Shown here one piece after another: positions 10,455-19,379 of a stretch of DNA of 56,985 bases (the stretch's first letter is position 1; each line of letters begins with the position of its first letter). The translations under genes and the position numbers were made by a program. The stretch is taken from positions 1 to 56,985 of IMG/VR virus record IMGVR_UViG_3300017752_004327; one strand, 5' to 3'. This stretch comes from a virus (Duplodnaviria; Caudoviricetes). The notes beneath the pieces are model-generated. The model was given only the letters and a program-made list of their open reading frames with translations, had not been told where the DNA came from and searched no databases.

Positions 10455-11483
10455 CTATATTGATTCGTAAAGAGCTCGACTGGCTAGATTCTTAGCCTTA
10501 CTTTCTACCATTATATCTGCGGAGTCTCTAAAAGACAAAGCCCAATCGTTAACAGCCCTATTCCACATAAAGTCACTATGAGCACGTAGTTTCTGTTTTT
10601 TGAATCCTTGTTCAAGTAATTCTCCCATATTAGGTAAAGTGTCTGGATTATGTCCTACAAGTAGATCTTCACGTGATACAGAATAATGTATCACAGGACG
10701 AACACCACGCCAACTATCAACTATGCGTAGAAATCTATCGTCGGTTGGTTGAATGTATTCACCACTAGCGACCCAGTGATGGTGTATGTCAAGAACGAGG
10801 GCAAGGTCGTTTGCAAGTTCGAGACTTGCGTCGATACCCCACGACATTTCGTCGTTCTCGATCGTAATAATATTTCGCGCCTCTTGAGATAATCTTGGGA
10901 GAGCTCGTTGGATACCGGCTGGACCTTGCCTACCGGATATGTGTACATTGCACTTCGCATCTTGGAAGGACTTGCCGTATCCCATCCAGCGGAAGACATC
11001 GGTGTGATATTCAAATTCTTCTATGCTCCTCTCTACAATTTCGGGTGTGTCACTTGCAAGTACAGTAAACTGACCTGGATGCATAGACACTCTAACATCA
11101 AGTTCTCTTGCACGTTTGCCTACGTTAGCGAAGTTCTTCTCACAGTATGCAACAACGTCAGGCTTGCGCCAGAAGTAAGACCAATCTGCTTGTGTATATA
11201 CCGGAAGTACATCACTTCCCAACCTAACCATTCGTAAGTCATCTTCTAGTCCTCCTACATAACAAATAAGATTCATATACGATTGTATGTTATGAACCAT
11301 AATGTCCCATAGTCGCTGTTCAGCAACTTCACGTGTTTGCCTATTCAACCATTGTACTGTAGTTGAACGTGTGTTCAACGGACGCTGTATCTCCTCTAGA
11401 AGTTTCTTCTTCTGAGTCTGATCAGGGTGCATATATTTGCAAGCAAAACCTATACGTTTATGTTGTGTATTCAATGTCGTCAT
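10455..11483 (-). CDS. uvsE: UV damage endonuclease
   Basis: RIGFACK, SMHPGQF, IENDE, LDIHHH, HYS, AHSD, DIMVESKAK motifs. Confidence 0.93.
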   Translation of the reverse strand: MTTLNTQHKRIGFACKYMHPDQTQKKKLLEEIQRPLNTRSTTVQWLNRQTREVAEQRLWDIMVHNIQSYMNLICYVGGLEDDLRMVRLGSDVLPVYTQADWSYFWRKPDVVAYCEKNFANVGKRARELDVRVSMHPGQFTVLASDTPEIVERSIEEFEYHTDVFRWMGYGKSFQDAKCNVHISGRQGPAGIQRALPRLSQEARNIITIENDEMSWGIDASLELANDLALVLDIHHHWVASGEYIQPTDDRFLRIVDSWRGVRPVIHYSVSREDLLVGHNPDTLPNMGELLEQGFKKQKLRAHSDFMWNRAVNDWALSFRDSADIMVESKAKNLASRALYESI

Positions 11484-12177
11484 TTAGTATTTTCCAAGTG
11501 TCTTCCCAATTTTTAATATTGTAGCACATTCCTAGGTCGTTGTCAATGATTTGTTTCTTTAATGGATAATCATTTCCTTCCGGATGCATTGCATCGCCAA
11601 AGAAGTGTAATTCGTCATTAGGGTCAAAGTCTCTTAGTATTTGTGACTTATCGTTGCCTTTTGGAAAAATATCAATACCTGTTTCGCCACCTACTTTTGC
11701 ATCAATATCTGGAAATATTGTACAAAACGCTTGTGCTATTGTGTTCCTTTCATCGAAACCAGTATCGTGTTTAACATATAGTTTGCGTTGTTCTGTATTA
11801 GCCATTCGACCAACAACACTAAAGTTACACATTCCAGGCCTGTGTTCAAAATGTAAACCTGTGCGTAACTCGAAAAAACTTTCATTCATACATTGTGTTA
11901 AAAAGTCTATTGCAAGATTTGGAAGTTTCCAGTTACTTGTGAAAATATTTTTATCTTGTTGATAAACATCACTGCCACTGCAATTGTAAACTGTGTGTGC
12001 AAAGTTATAAACTTTTGTTCCTACTTGCTCTACAGTCTTAGCACGATCGCTACCTGTAACAAGATAGACAAAATTATGTTCTTGGAAATGAAGGAACCAT
12101 TTTTGAAACTCTGGGTCCATTGGACCTCTGCTTGGTGTAAGTGTTCCGTCTACATCAAAAATAAACCTACGAGTCAT
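11458..12177 (-). CDS. HAD-IIB phosphomannomutase (eukaryotic PMM-type)
   Basis: FDVDGTLTPSR, VTGSD, NFSVVGR, VGGETGIDIFPKGNDK, FFGD...GNDY. Confidence 0.85.
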   Translation of the reverse strand: MTRRFIFDVDGTLTPSRGPMDPEFQKWFLHFQEHNFVYLVTGSDRAKTVEQVGTKVYNFAHTVYNCSGSDVYQQDKNIFTSNWKLPNLAIDFLTQCMNESFFELRTGLHFEHRPGMCNFSVVGRMANTEQRKLYVKHDTGFDERNTIAQAFCTIFPDIDAKVGGETGIDIFPKGNDKSQILRDFDPNDELHFFGDAMHPEGNDYPLKKQIIDNDLGMCYNIKNWEDTWKILNDDIEYTT

Positions 12178-12739
12178 ATGTATACCACCCAGTAATAATA
12201 TATTTGTAACCGTTGTAAATAGGGTTTCCTCTATGTGGATGAGTATAACCAGTAGGCCAAAATACTAATTTACCTTGTTCTGGTTTTACTTTCACGCCTT
12301 GATAGAGATATTCTGTTTCTCCACCTTCTTCGATATCGTTCAAGTATAGTGTGTAAGCAACTAGTCTATTACAACTTGCTTGTCCACCATCTTCAACGTG
12401 CCATACGTGATATCCTTGTCTAGGACCTGTTCTTTGAATACACATTCCTTTAGGACTGTGTCCTTCGATTGTTTCTAATATATCATACTCAGCGACATAC
12501 TTGTCATAGTATTGATGTACAGTTTGGAAAAAGTGTTGACAAAATGCGTGATCATAATATTGGATACCATTACTAGGTGCCCAGTCATACATAATTCTGT
12601 CATCTTGATTCTTCTTAATATTGTTTTGTTCAATAGTTTGTCGTTGAGACTTCATTGTTTCAAAAACTTCGATTGCTTTTTCACAGTACTCTGCATTAAA
12701 AGCGTTTTTATATTCTCTTATAAATGTGTCTTGTTTCAT
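12167..12739 (-). CDS. Fe(II)/2OG oxygenase (prolyl-4-hydroxylase-like)
   Basis: YHVWHVE, YLND..EGGET, THPHRG, KYIITGW; ATG at 12739 overlaps the upstream stop (ATGA). Confidence 0.85.
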   Translation of the reverse strand: MKQDTFIREYKNAFNAEYCEKAIEVFETMKSQRQTIEQNNIKKNQDDRIMYDWAPSNGIQYYDHAFCQHFFQTVHQYYDKYVAEYDILETIEGHSPKGMCIQRTGPRQGYHVWHVEDGGQASCNRLVAYTLYLNDIEEGGETEYLYQGVKVKPEQGKLVFWPTGYTHPHRGNPIYNGYKYIITGWYTYDS

Positions 12740-13539
12740 TTCCAATTTTCCACTACAAAACTATCTCGAACCTGTGCTGGGTTAGGATCACCGTGAAATA
12801 CTGCAATACAACATTCCTTATCTGGAACAATATCATCACGTACAGTTTTAAAGTTTCTTACTCCGTGTTGCATTCCTAAGTCGGATCTTGATCTAATTTC
12901 CCATTTGTAACTTTGTATCCACTTGTCAGGCCAAAACTTTAACTGTTTCTTAGCCTGCGCCCAAGTCCAATCTTGATCTCCTTGCATTCGCATAGCATAT
13001 TCCGGATTTTGTTTGAACTTATCAAAGATATAATTTTGACTTCCACTGTTCCACGCCATAACCGAACTATTCAAATACTTGTAACCTGGATGAAACTTCC
13101 TATTGAAATCTCGTATACCAACAAAGTCGTCTCTCCACATAGTTGCAAGTTTGTCTATATTATTATGTATCACAACATCGAGGTCCATATATAAAATTCT
13201 ACCTACAATAGGCATAGTACTTTCAAACATATGTACCTTGTGCCACCAGCCTTTTGCATATCCTCTATTAGGACGTACAATACTGTGTACTCCTTGTAGC
13301 GGAGCAGGATCGTCTGTTAAGCACCAAAACTTGTAAGGAACATTAAGATGTCTCTCAACCATATTCCTTAGTTTTACTACATATTCTTGCCCGTACTTAT
13401 TACCAAATCGAACACAAAGAACATTTATTTCAGGAGCATTACCAGACGCAACGTGTTGTCGGCCTTCTTGTTCTGCCCTGTACTGTGCTTTTCTTGCTTT
13501 TCGTTGTTCTTTAGTTTCTTTTGATTTGTCAAAAGCCAT
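12736..13539 (-). CDS. Glycosyltransferase (GT-A fold)
   Basis: CLTD, GWWHK, YMDLDVVI (DxD), NSSVM, GDQD, FHG-x-P motifs. Confidence 0.8.
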   Translation of the reverse strand: MAFDKSKETKEQRKARKAQYRAEQEGRQHVASGNAPEINVLCVRFGNKYGQEYVVKLRNMVERHLNVPYKFWCLTDDPAPLQGVHSIVRPNRGYAKGWWHKVHMFESTMPIVGRILYMDLDVVIHNNIDKLATMWRDDFVGIRDFNRKFHPGYKYLNSSVMAWNSGSQNYIFDKFKQNPEYAMRMQGDQDWTWAQAKKQLKFWPDKWIQSYKWEIRSRSDLGMQHGVRNFKTVRDDIVPDKECCIAVFHGDPNPAQVRDSFVVENWK

Positions 13540-13550
13540 TAACTATCTTC

Positions 13551-14327
13551 CTATCCCTTGTAAGAATATTTAACAATGTCTGCAACAACTGTTTTAAAAT
13601 CTTTTAAATGTAATGCATTAGGTCCATCGCTTGGTGCATTATCTGGATCTGAATGAACCTCTAAAAAGAAGTTTGTTATACCCATTGCAGATGCAGCACG
13701 AGCCAAGCCAGGCACATACTCACGATTACCGCCACTGCTAGTGCCCATACCTCCGGGTTTTTGAACCGAGTGCGTAATGTCATAAACAATGGGAACGTTA
13801 TAATTAGACAGCATAAACTGAAGGCCAGTGAAATCAGTGACCAAAGTATTATATCCAAAACTTGTTCCCCTTTCTGTAATCCAAACTTCTTTAGCACCTT
13901 CCGTTTTAGATAAAATGTTTTCAACGTCCCAAGGTGCAAGGAACTGTCCTTTTTTAATGTTTACAATCTTGTTTGTTTTACAGGCTGCACGTACCAAGTC
14001 AGTTTGTCTACACAAGAATGCAGGTATCTGTAACACATCGATTATATCATCATAGTACGCACCAATTTTTAGAATTTCATTGATGTTATGTACATCTGTA
14101 ATAATTTTTAGACTGGGTATAATCTGCTTAAGACTTTTAAAGTCTTGCATAGTGTCTGCTAATCCTCGGCCTCTAATGCCGTGAATATTCGACCTATTCG
14201 CCTTATCGTAACTTGCTTTAAAAATGTATTCGATACCGTGCTTATCACAAACACGTTTACATTCTTTTGCAATGGCGAGACTTTGTTCTTTTGTTTCGTG
14301 TTGGCAAGGTCCTGCAATTATTCTCAT
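13551..14327 (-). CDS. kdsA: KDO 8-phosphate synthase (metal-dependent type)
   Basis: AGPC, KASYDKANRS, QIPAFLCRQTDL, KKGQFLAP, ERGTSFGYN, THSVQKPG, PSDGPN. Confidence 0.95.
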   Translation of the reverse strand: MRIIAGPCQHETKEQSLAIAKECKRVCDKHGIEYIFKASYDKANRSNIHGIRGRGLADTMQDFKSLKQIIPSLKIITDVHNINEILKIGAYYDDIIDVLQIPAFLCRQTDLVRAACKTNKIVNIKKGQFLAPWDVENILSKTEGAKEVWITERGTSFGYNTLVTDFTGLQFMLSNYNVPIVYDITHSVQKPGGMGTSSGGNREYVPGLARAASAMGITNFFLEVHSDPDNAPSDGPNALHLKDFKTVVADIVKYSYKG

Positions 14328-14777
14328 CTATACCTCATATATTGCGGAGTTGGCTCCGTGTTCTGCACATTCTGCTCTTACGCAATAGCAACGATTGTCG
14401 CTCATATCACGTACAAGTTTATCTGCAAAGTTAAATGCGTGTTCTGCAAACTTCTCTGCACCAACACCATCCATTACAACAATCTCTGCTAGGTCAAGTT
14501 CTTGTAGTTCCATAAACTTGTCCAAGTGTGGATCGTTTTTATCAATTGCTGTCTTGTGATCAAAGTGATCTTCTAACCATTTCTTTAGTGGCTTCAATCC
14601 ACCAAAGTCTACAGCCCAGTTTTTGTTGTCTAGTTCATCACAACCAAATGTAAATGTAAATGCTAGACTATATCCGTGTAGCAAATGACAGTGTGAATGA
14701 TCTGCGTTAGGCTGACGGAACACTGCCGATAGTCCAATGTTGTGTCCGTAATGTTTTGTACTTAAATATTTTCCCAT
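14328..14777 (-). CDS. queD: 6-carboxy-5,6,7,8-tetrahydropterin synthase (QueD/PTPS family)
   Basis: HCHLLHGYS, VDFGGLK, FDHK, E-K-F-A, terminal E...NSAIY. Confidence 0.85.
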   Translation of the reverse strand: MGKYLSTKHYGHNIGLSAVFRQPNADHSHCHLLHGYSLAFTFTFGCDELDNKNWAVDFGGLKPLKKWLEDHFDHKTAIDKNDPHLDKFMELQELDLAEIVVMDGVGAEKFAEHAFNFADKLVRDMSDNRCYCVRAECAEHGANSAIYEV

Positions 14778-14802
14778 AATGTTCTCCTACTATAATGTTT
14801 TA

Positions 14803-14840
14803 TGGGCGGCAGAATTAGAAGGGTTGACGCCAAGTCCTTT
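14803..14840 (-). promoter_or_regulatory. Candidate cis-regulatory RNA (possible H-type pseudoknot) in the queD 5' leader
   Basis: AAAGG-ACUUGGCGUCAAC-CCUU-CUAAUUCUGC-CGCC: AAGG/CCUU stem, loop GGCG complementary to downstream CGCC; GC-rich island in an AT-rich leader. Confidence 0.4.
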
Positions 14841-14856
14841 GTTAAACATACTAATA

Positions 14857-14885
14857 ATTATACGTTCTATTTAGGCAAATGTCAA
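14857..14885 (-). promoter_or_regulatory. Sigma70-type promoter for the queD-kdsA run
   Basis: TTGACA (14885-14880) - 17 nt - TATAAT (14862-14857), perfect consensus. Confidence 0.85.
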
Positions 14886-15476
14886 GAGCTGATTAGCAAC
14901 ATTGGGCAGTTTCCATTGTGACGGAATTTGCCAATCTTTTGAATTGATAATATTAAATTGTATTTGTGGATTGTGTACAAAAACTTTTTGTGCTTGATAT
15001 ACCCAATAACTGTAGTCTACAGGCTTATCATCTTTCTTAGCATAGTGTTGTGTGTTTTTGTAAATGTTATTAACTTTGTCGTTTTTGTTATACAGATCAA
15101 ATCCAATAATTCTTACTTCGGACACATCAGGTAAACTTGCGGCAACTAATAAAGCATAAGTACCACTTCCCCAATGCAAGGGTTGATCTATTTTTTTATT
15201 ACCTTCGTACGGTAATTCAGGTAGATGTGTAATTCTTTTGTCCTTCTTAATCTTTCTAAAATATTTGAACCACATATCTCTAACATATATCTTAGTATTA
15301 GAAGTGTTGTTGCTTTTGATTGCTTCATCTACCATACGTCTATCACAACATATCAAGTGATCTACAGATAAATCTCTGTGCAATGCATTGCAACCAACTA
15401 TTGTTTTGTTTTCTGTAAGTTTAGGAAGGTTTAAGAATCTTCGGCTTTCACCATTACCTATTGCATAGGCAATCAT
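14871..15476 (-). CDS. Putative glycosyltransferase (Maf/DUF115/GT42-like fold)
   Basis: IGNGESR, GCNA, SG..AL, IIGFD motifs resembling CMP-sugar transferase-like proteins. Confidence 0.55.
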   Translation of the reverse strand: MIAYAIGNGESRRFLNLPKLTENKTIVGCNALHRDLSVDHLICCDRRMVDEAIKSNNTSNTKIYVRDMWFKYFRKIKKDKRITHLPELPYEGNKKIDQPLHWGSGTYALLVAASLPDVSEVRIIGFDLYNKNDKVNNIYKNTQHYAKKDDKPVDYSYWVYQAQKVFVHNPQIQFNIINSKDWQIPSQWKLPNVANQLLTFA

Positions 15477-15481
15477 TGTTA

Positions 15482-16315
15482 CTACCTAATGTCGCCGAAT
15501 GGTGCCCAGTTACCAGGATTACCAGCTCTAATACAAACCCATCCAATGTGACCTCTTTGTTGTGGACTTTCGTTCCACACAATATCACCTTGATTGAATT
15601 GTCCGCCTGTTGGTGGAGTATTTCCTGATAAATGTTTTTTATTGTTAAACTTGATAGCGCCTCTAACGTGTAAGTCTACATCGCTATCTGGATTATTAAC
15701 ACCAATAGCAAGTTTACCATTCACTGAAACTTTAACTGGAGAAGCATTTGGATTGCCTAGTGCAATATCGCCGCCTGCTTTGATTGATAATCTTGTAGTG
15801 TTATCTGTTTTAAGTTCTAAATCGTGACTAGCAAATGTACCAACAAACCCTTTAACGTGGTCTTCAGTACCTATCATTACTTCAATACCATCTTCTGCAA
15901 CTGCAAGTGCAGCATTTGGAGATTCAGTACCAACGCCTAGTCTATCGCTGTTTGCATCAAAATAAACATATTGATTAATGCTTACGCTGCCGTCTACAAT
16001 CAGACCTTTTAATCTACCTACTTCACGCAAGTTACTCTTGATAACACTTCTACCAAGTTCTTCTTCAGCAAGTACTTTGTTTCCATTAATTGCTAAATGC
16101 TTGTTACGTGCGATATCAATAGTTTCTGACGAAAATAATCTATCTTCATCAGCAACCATAACGAATTTTTTAGTGTAGTCTGTACCAGCCCAATAGAAAC
16201 CTTTATCATAAATGTTCCCACTGAAACTAACAGAAGAATTAGCAGTAATGCTGCCATCTTCAGTAAGTGCTAGTGTAAGATCTTGTAGTGCTTGTTCAAC
16301 TGCTGTACTGTTCAT
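15482..16315 (-). CDS. Structural/tail fibre-like protein
   Basis: RLGVGTESP..L.V and AIGVNNP..LHVRG repeats; C-terminal GDIVWN..P..GHIGWVC..G.PG.W..FG; late-type motif upstream. Confidence 0.65.
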   Translation of the reverse strand: MNSTAVEQALQDLTLALTEDGSITANSSVSFSGNIYDKGFYWAGTDYTKKFVMVADEDRLFSSETIDIARNKHLAINGNKVLAEEELGRSVIKSNLREVGRLKGLIVDGSVSINQYVYFDANSDRLGVGTESPNAALAVAEDGIEVMIGTEDHVKGFVGTFASHDLELKTDNTTRLSIKAGGDIALGNPNASPVKVSVNGKLAIGVNNPDSDVDLHVRGAIKFNNKKHLSGNTPPTGGQFNQGDIVWNESPQQRGHIGWVCIRAGNPGNWAPFGDIR

Positions 16316-16360
16316 AATAGTATTTATTCTCTTTATGTATATTGCGTCTTTTAGAAACGC

Positions 16361-17653
16361 TTAATATGCTGCTATTAATACAGTTTCAGCGTTTATACGA
16401 CCATTCATTTTTATTGGCGTTGTTGTAAGTTTTGCAAACCAATTCTCGAACTTCTTACGAGTATTTAGCGATTTTACTTCACGTAGTTGTTCTACGGGTT
16501 TTCTCAACGTACAAGCAACACTCTTGTTTTCATCAAAACGCTGTAGCGTAGTACCTTTGAGATCTAGTCCTGTACCATCACGCATACTTCCTAATGGATC
16601 TTCATTGCTTGTATAGTAAATTCCCAGTTTACGTGTTTTGCCATTGAACGTTACTAGACAACTTGCACCTATTAGTTTCCAACTTGGAATACTTGAAATG
16701 CTATATTTGTCATCTGTAATTTTGTACTTTAACTTGCTTACAAGTTGTTCAGGTGACTTTCTGCTTATTTTTCTAGGCTTTCTATTTGCTTTACTTTCTG
16801 CAATAATAGCATCACACGCACCTTGTACTGCAATATAAAATGCATAAATCTTTTTAAGTTGTGACTTGCTTAAATGTGCATAACCTTCTTTTAATTGTTG
16901 TGCATAATCTTTTTCTAAGTCTGTAGCATTTTTACCTAGTTTAGGTGGATTCAACAGTTCATCGTATTCTTTAACAGTACAATCGTAACTTGCTTTAATC
17001 ATTCTAGCGTGTGGTTGTTTACACTCCATACGTCTAAGTTGTGTTGCAGGCTTAATATCTTTGAAGTCGCTAATTTTACCTTCTAAAAAGTCATCGTGTG
17101 CTGCTTCGATAAATTCACACATATCATAAGTTGCTAGTCTAATTCTGTCCTGTATGCTCGGTGTATACTTTTCTTTTATCTCTGCTTTTTTTGCATTTTC
17201 AGCATCTTCTTTTTCTTTTTGTTCTGCTTTGTGGACACCTTCATTAAGTGCCATTGCAATTCTAGTTCTAATAAACTCACTGACAGGCCTCAATTCACCC
17301 ATTGTACCAGGCAAACTTTCCCAATACTCGGCAGCAGGCTTGTAGAAGTCAGGCATACCAGCATTTAACATTTGACAAGTAATTGCGGCAGTATTACTAA
17401 TTGTTGTATCATCTGCTGCTTTTGCTTTTTTAATTTCGTCTTTGCTGAAGCCGTTGGCTTCCATCCAGATCCATACCGCTGGCATAAGGTCTTTGAATGC
17501 AAAGTTAGCATAATACCAAGAGTGAGATCCTTGTTTCTTACGATGGAACTCTTCTCCAGTTAACTTTTCATAACCAGTCCATTCAGGCTCTTGCAATTTA
17601 GCGCCTTTACGGATTCTTGGTGCACCTCTTATTATTTTTTTCTTACCAGCCAA
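16361..17653 (-). CDS. Hypothetical phage protein (430 aa)
   Basis: Long ORF, TTG start with AAGGAG SD, own perfect sigma70 promoter. Confidence 0.75.
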   Translation of the reverse strand: MAGKKKIIRGAPRIRKGAKLQEPEWTGYEKLTGEEFHRKKQGSHSWYYANFAFKDLMPAVWIWMEANGFSKDEIKKAKAADDTTISNTAAITCQMLNAGMPDFYKPAAEYWESLPGTMGELRPVSEFIRTRIAMALNEGVHKAEQKEKEDAENAKKAEIKEKYTPSIQDRIRLATYDMCEFIEAAHDDFLEGKISDFKDIKPATQLRRMECKQPHARMIKASYDCTVKEYDELLNPPKLGKNATDLEKDYAQQLKEGYAHLSKSQLKKIYAFYIAVQGACDAIIAESKANRKPRKISRKSPEQLVSKLKYKITDDKYSISSIPSWKLIGASCLVTFNGKTRKLGIYYTSNEDPLGSMRDGTGLDLKGTTLQRFDENKSVACTLRKPVEQLREVKSLNTRKKFENWFAKLTTTPIKMNGRINAETVLIAAY

Positions 17654-17681
17654 TGTCAGTTTGCTCCTTAAACAAAATTAG

Positions 17682-17710
17682 ATTATATGATGATATATAT
17701 CCTTTGTCAA
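17682..17710 (-). promoter_or_regulatory. Sigma70-type early promoter
   Basis: TTGACA-AAGGATATATATCATCA (17 nt)-TATAAT. Confidence 0.85.
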
Positions 17711-17716
17711 GAGAAA

Positions 17717-17959
17717 TTACTTCTTTCCGAGTAATTTTAAATTCAAAACAAAGTTTTCTACCAAAAGTTTAACAATAATTGCTTTGTCTGCAAGCGGTTC
17801 ATTATTCATTTCTAAAACAGTAGCGGCAAACATTTTGTACGCTTCTTCTTCAGAAATGTTTAGTTCACCCCAATCAATAGGATCAGTGATCTCAGCCTCC
17901 ATTGCTATTTCGACCAAGTCCTCAATCATTTGATTTTGATTTTTTAAAAAATCGTTCAT
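17717..17959 (-). CDS. Hypothetical protein
   Basis: Start revised to ATG 17959 (MNDFLKNQ), which overlaps the upstream stop (TAATG). Confidence 0.65.
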   Translation of the reverse strand: MNDFLKNQNQMIEDLVEIAMEAEITDPIDWGELNISEEEAYKMFAATVLEMNNEPLADKAIIVKLLVENFVLNLKLLGKK

Positions 17960-18117
17960 TACCAAATTTCTAATGTTCTGCCATTGCCTGCTATAATAGC
18001 AATACAAGTAGCAATGTGCAATATAATCCACAAAGTCCGTAACATAGCAACTCGATCTGCTTTGCTGTCATTATCATAAGCCTTTCTTCCGATTGCTTTA
18101 CACCACATTTCCCACAT
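17959..18117 (-). CDS. Small membrane protein (52 aa)
   Basis: Not in ORF track. MWEMWCKAIGRKAYDNDSKADRVAMLRTLWIILHIATCIAIIAGNGRTLEIW; one hydrophobic helix; fills the gap between neighbours. Confidence 0.7.
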   Translation of the reverse strand: MWEMWCKAIGRKAYDNDSKADRVAMLRTLWIILHIATCIAIIAGNGRTLEIW

Positions 18118-18122
18118 AGTTT

Positions 18123-18485
18123 TTAGTCCCATAAGTTTTCGTAGTACTCGCCAAACAACTTAAATGCATTTGTAAGACGTTCTTGTGTATCTTTTAAACA
18201 AGCCTGGCAAATAGGATCGCCATAACTTGCACATTTATCACGACACATATCACCTGCGTCTATTTCTTTTGATTTGTGTTTGAATGCCCAAATCATTTCA
18301 TCTAGTATTTCGTTCCATCGTGCTTCTGTCAAGTCTGCAGGATGTCCGTTTTGTGTTGCTTTTAGTTGTACAAGCATAGGATGAATAATCATAGCAAGTG
18401 TATGATCCATACTCCAGGTGTCGTGTGGTTCTATCTCAACTCGTGTGGCACGGTTCTTTCGATAAGGACCTATTCTAACCTTCAT
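18123..18485 (-). CDS. Hypothetical phage protein
   Basis: DTWSMDHTLA..I.P.L, W..ILDEMIWAF, LFG.YY.NLWD pattern typical of T4-like phage hypotheticals. Confidence 0.7.
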   Translation of the reverse strand: MKVRIGPYRKNRATRVEIEPHDTWSMDHTLAMIIHPMLVQLKATQNGHPADLTEARWNEILDEMIWAFKHKSKEIDAGDMCRDKCASYGDPICQACLKDTQERLTNAFKLFGEYYENLWD

Positions 18486-18666
18486 ATTCAACCACCATTA
18501 CATTTTCTTCCTTTCCAGGTTCAATCCATTGCTCTGCAGCAATAAGTGCTTCGTCGAAATCGTCGAACAGAAGCGGTTGACGAATGAATTGTTTACCAGA
18601 ATCTTCAGTGACAAACATCCAGTCATCATCTCCATCTATGCATACCATTATACCAAATCTTTTCAT
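18475..18666 (-). CDS. Hypothetical protein
   Basis: 63-aa ORF packed between neighbours. Confidence 0.6.
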   Translation of the reverse strand: MKRFGIMVCIDGDDDWMFVTEDSGKQFIRQPLLFDDFDEALIAAEQWIEPGKEENVMVVEYEG

Positions 18667-18704
18667 TCAGTCACACTAAACGTATGATAAAAATTGTATT
18701 TCAT
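18663..18704 (-). CDS. 13-aa minigene MKYNFYHTFSVTE
   Basis: AAGGAGG SD before ATG 18704; TGA overlaps next ATG (ATGA). Confidence 0.4.
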   Translation of the reverse strand: MKYNFYHTFSVTE

Positions 18705-18716
18705 TGTTTAGCCTCC

Positions 18717-19379
18717 TTAGACTAAATCTTCTGCTAGTGGAAAAATATCAGCAATGACTTTAGCACAGGCGTGTGCAATATCCATATGCTCTTTTTGTGT
18801 TCCGTTTGCGCCACGTAGTTCAATGTAGTGAATCCACGAACGCAGTGTGCCGTTCATATATAGACGTGTTTTTGTATTACCTTCAGGCAATACAACACGA
18901 GCTTGCTCTTTAGCAATACCGTTGTTAATTGCCCAGTTGTATACTTCGGTTGCCTTATCAATAACTTCTTGTTGCTTTGATGCCCAATCATAGTGAAGTT
19001 CGTTTTCACTATCAAGTTCAATTGAATTTTGTCTGTTCTTAGTATCTTGTAAACGTGCTTCACGTGTTACAAACATTTCACCAAACTCTGCCGGATTAGC
19101 ATAACGTTGGCTAAACTCTTGGAAAGCAAAACTACGGTGCCGCACAACTTGGTGTGCAATATCACGTGTAGTATTAATTTCTAAACAAGCACTTACCATT
19201 TCAAGTGGTGACCAGTGTGCGTGTTTGATTAGATACTTAATTAGTTTTTCACTAGTTTCGCTATTCATTTGATTAGCAGGATTACTTACCCTAGCGCAGT
19301 AAGCAATTAGTTCTTGACAATCGTCTAGTCCTAATCCTTCTGGTGCTTTACTATAAGAAATTAATTTTACATCAGTCAT
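18717..19379 (-). CDS. thyX: FAD-dependent thymidylate synthase
   Basis: HWSPLE, RHRSFAFQEFSQRY, EQARVVLP, LRSWIHY..LR, TQKEH. Confidence 0.95.
   Translation of the reverse strand: MTDVKLISYSKAPEGLGLDDCQELIAYCARVSNPANQMNSETSEKLIKYLIKHAHWSPLEMVSACLEINTTRDIAHQVVRHRSFAFQEFSQRYANPAEFGEMFVTREARLQDTKNRQNSIELDSENELHYDWASKQQEVIDKATEVYNWAINNGIAKEQARVVLPEGNTKTRLYMNGTLRSWIHYIELRGANGTQKEHMDIAHACAKVIADIFPLAEDLV

Noticed and set aside
14328-14777. 7-deazaguanine DNA modification system
   Set aside because: Only queD is present; no dpdA, folE, queC or clear queE in the window, so DNA versus tRNA versus pterin role cannot be decided
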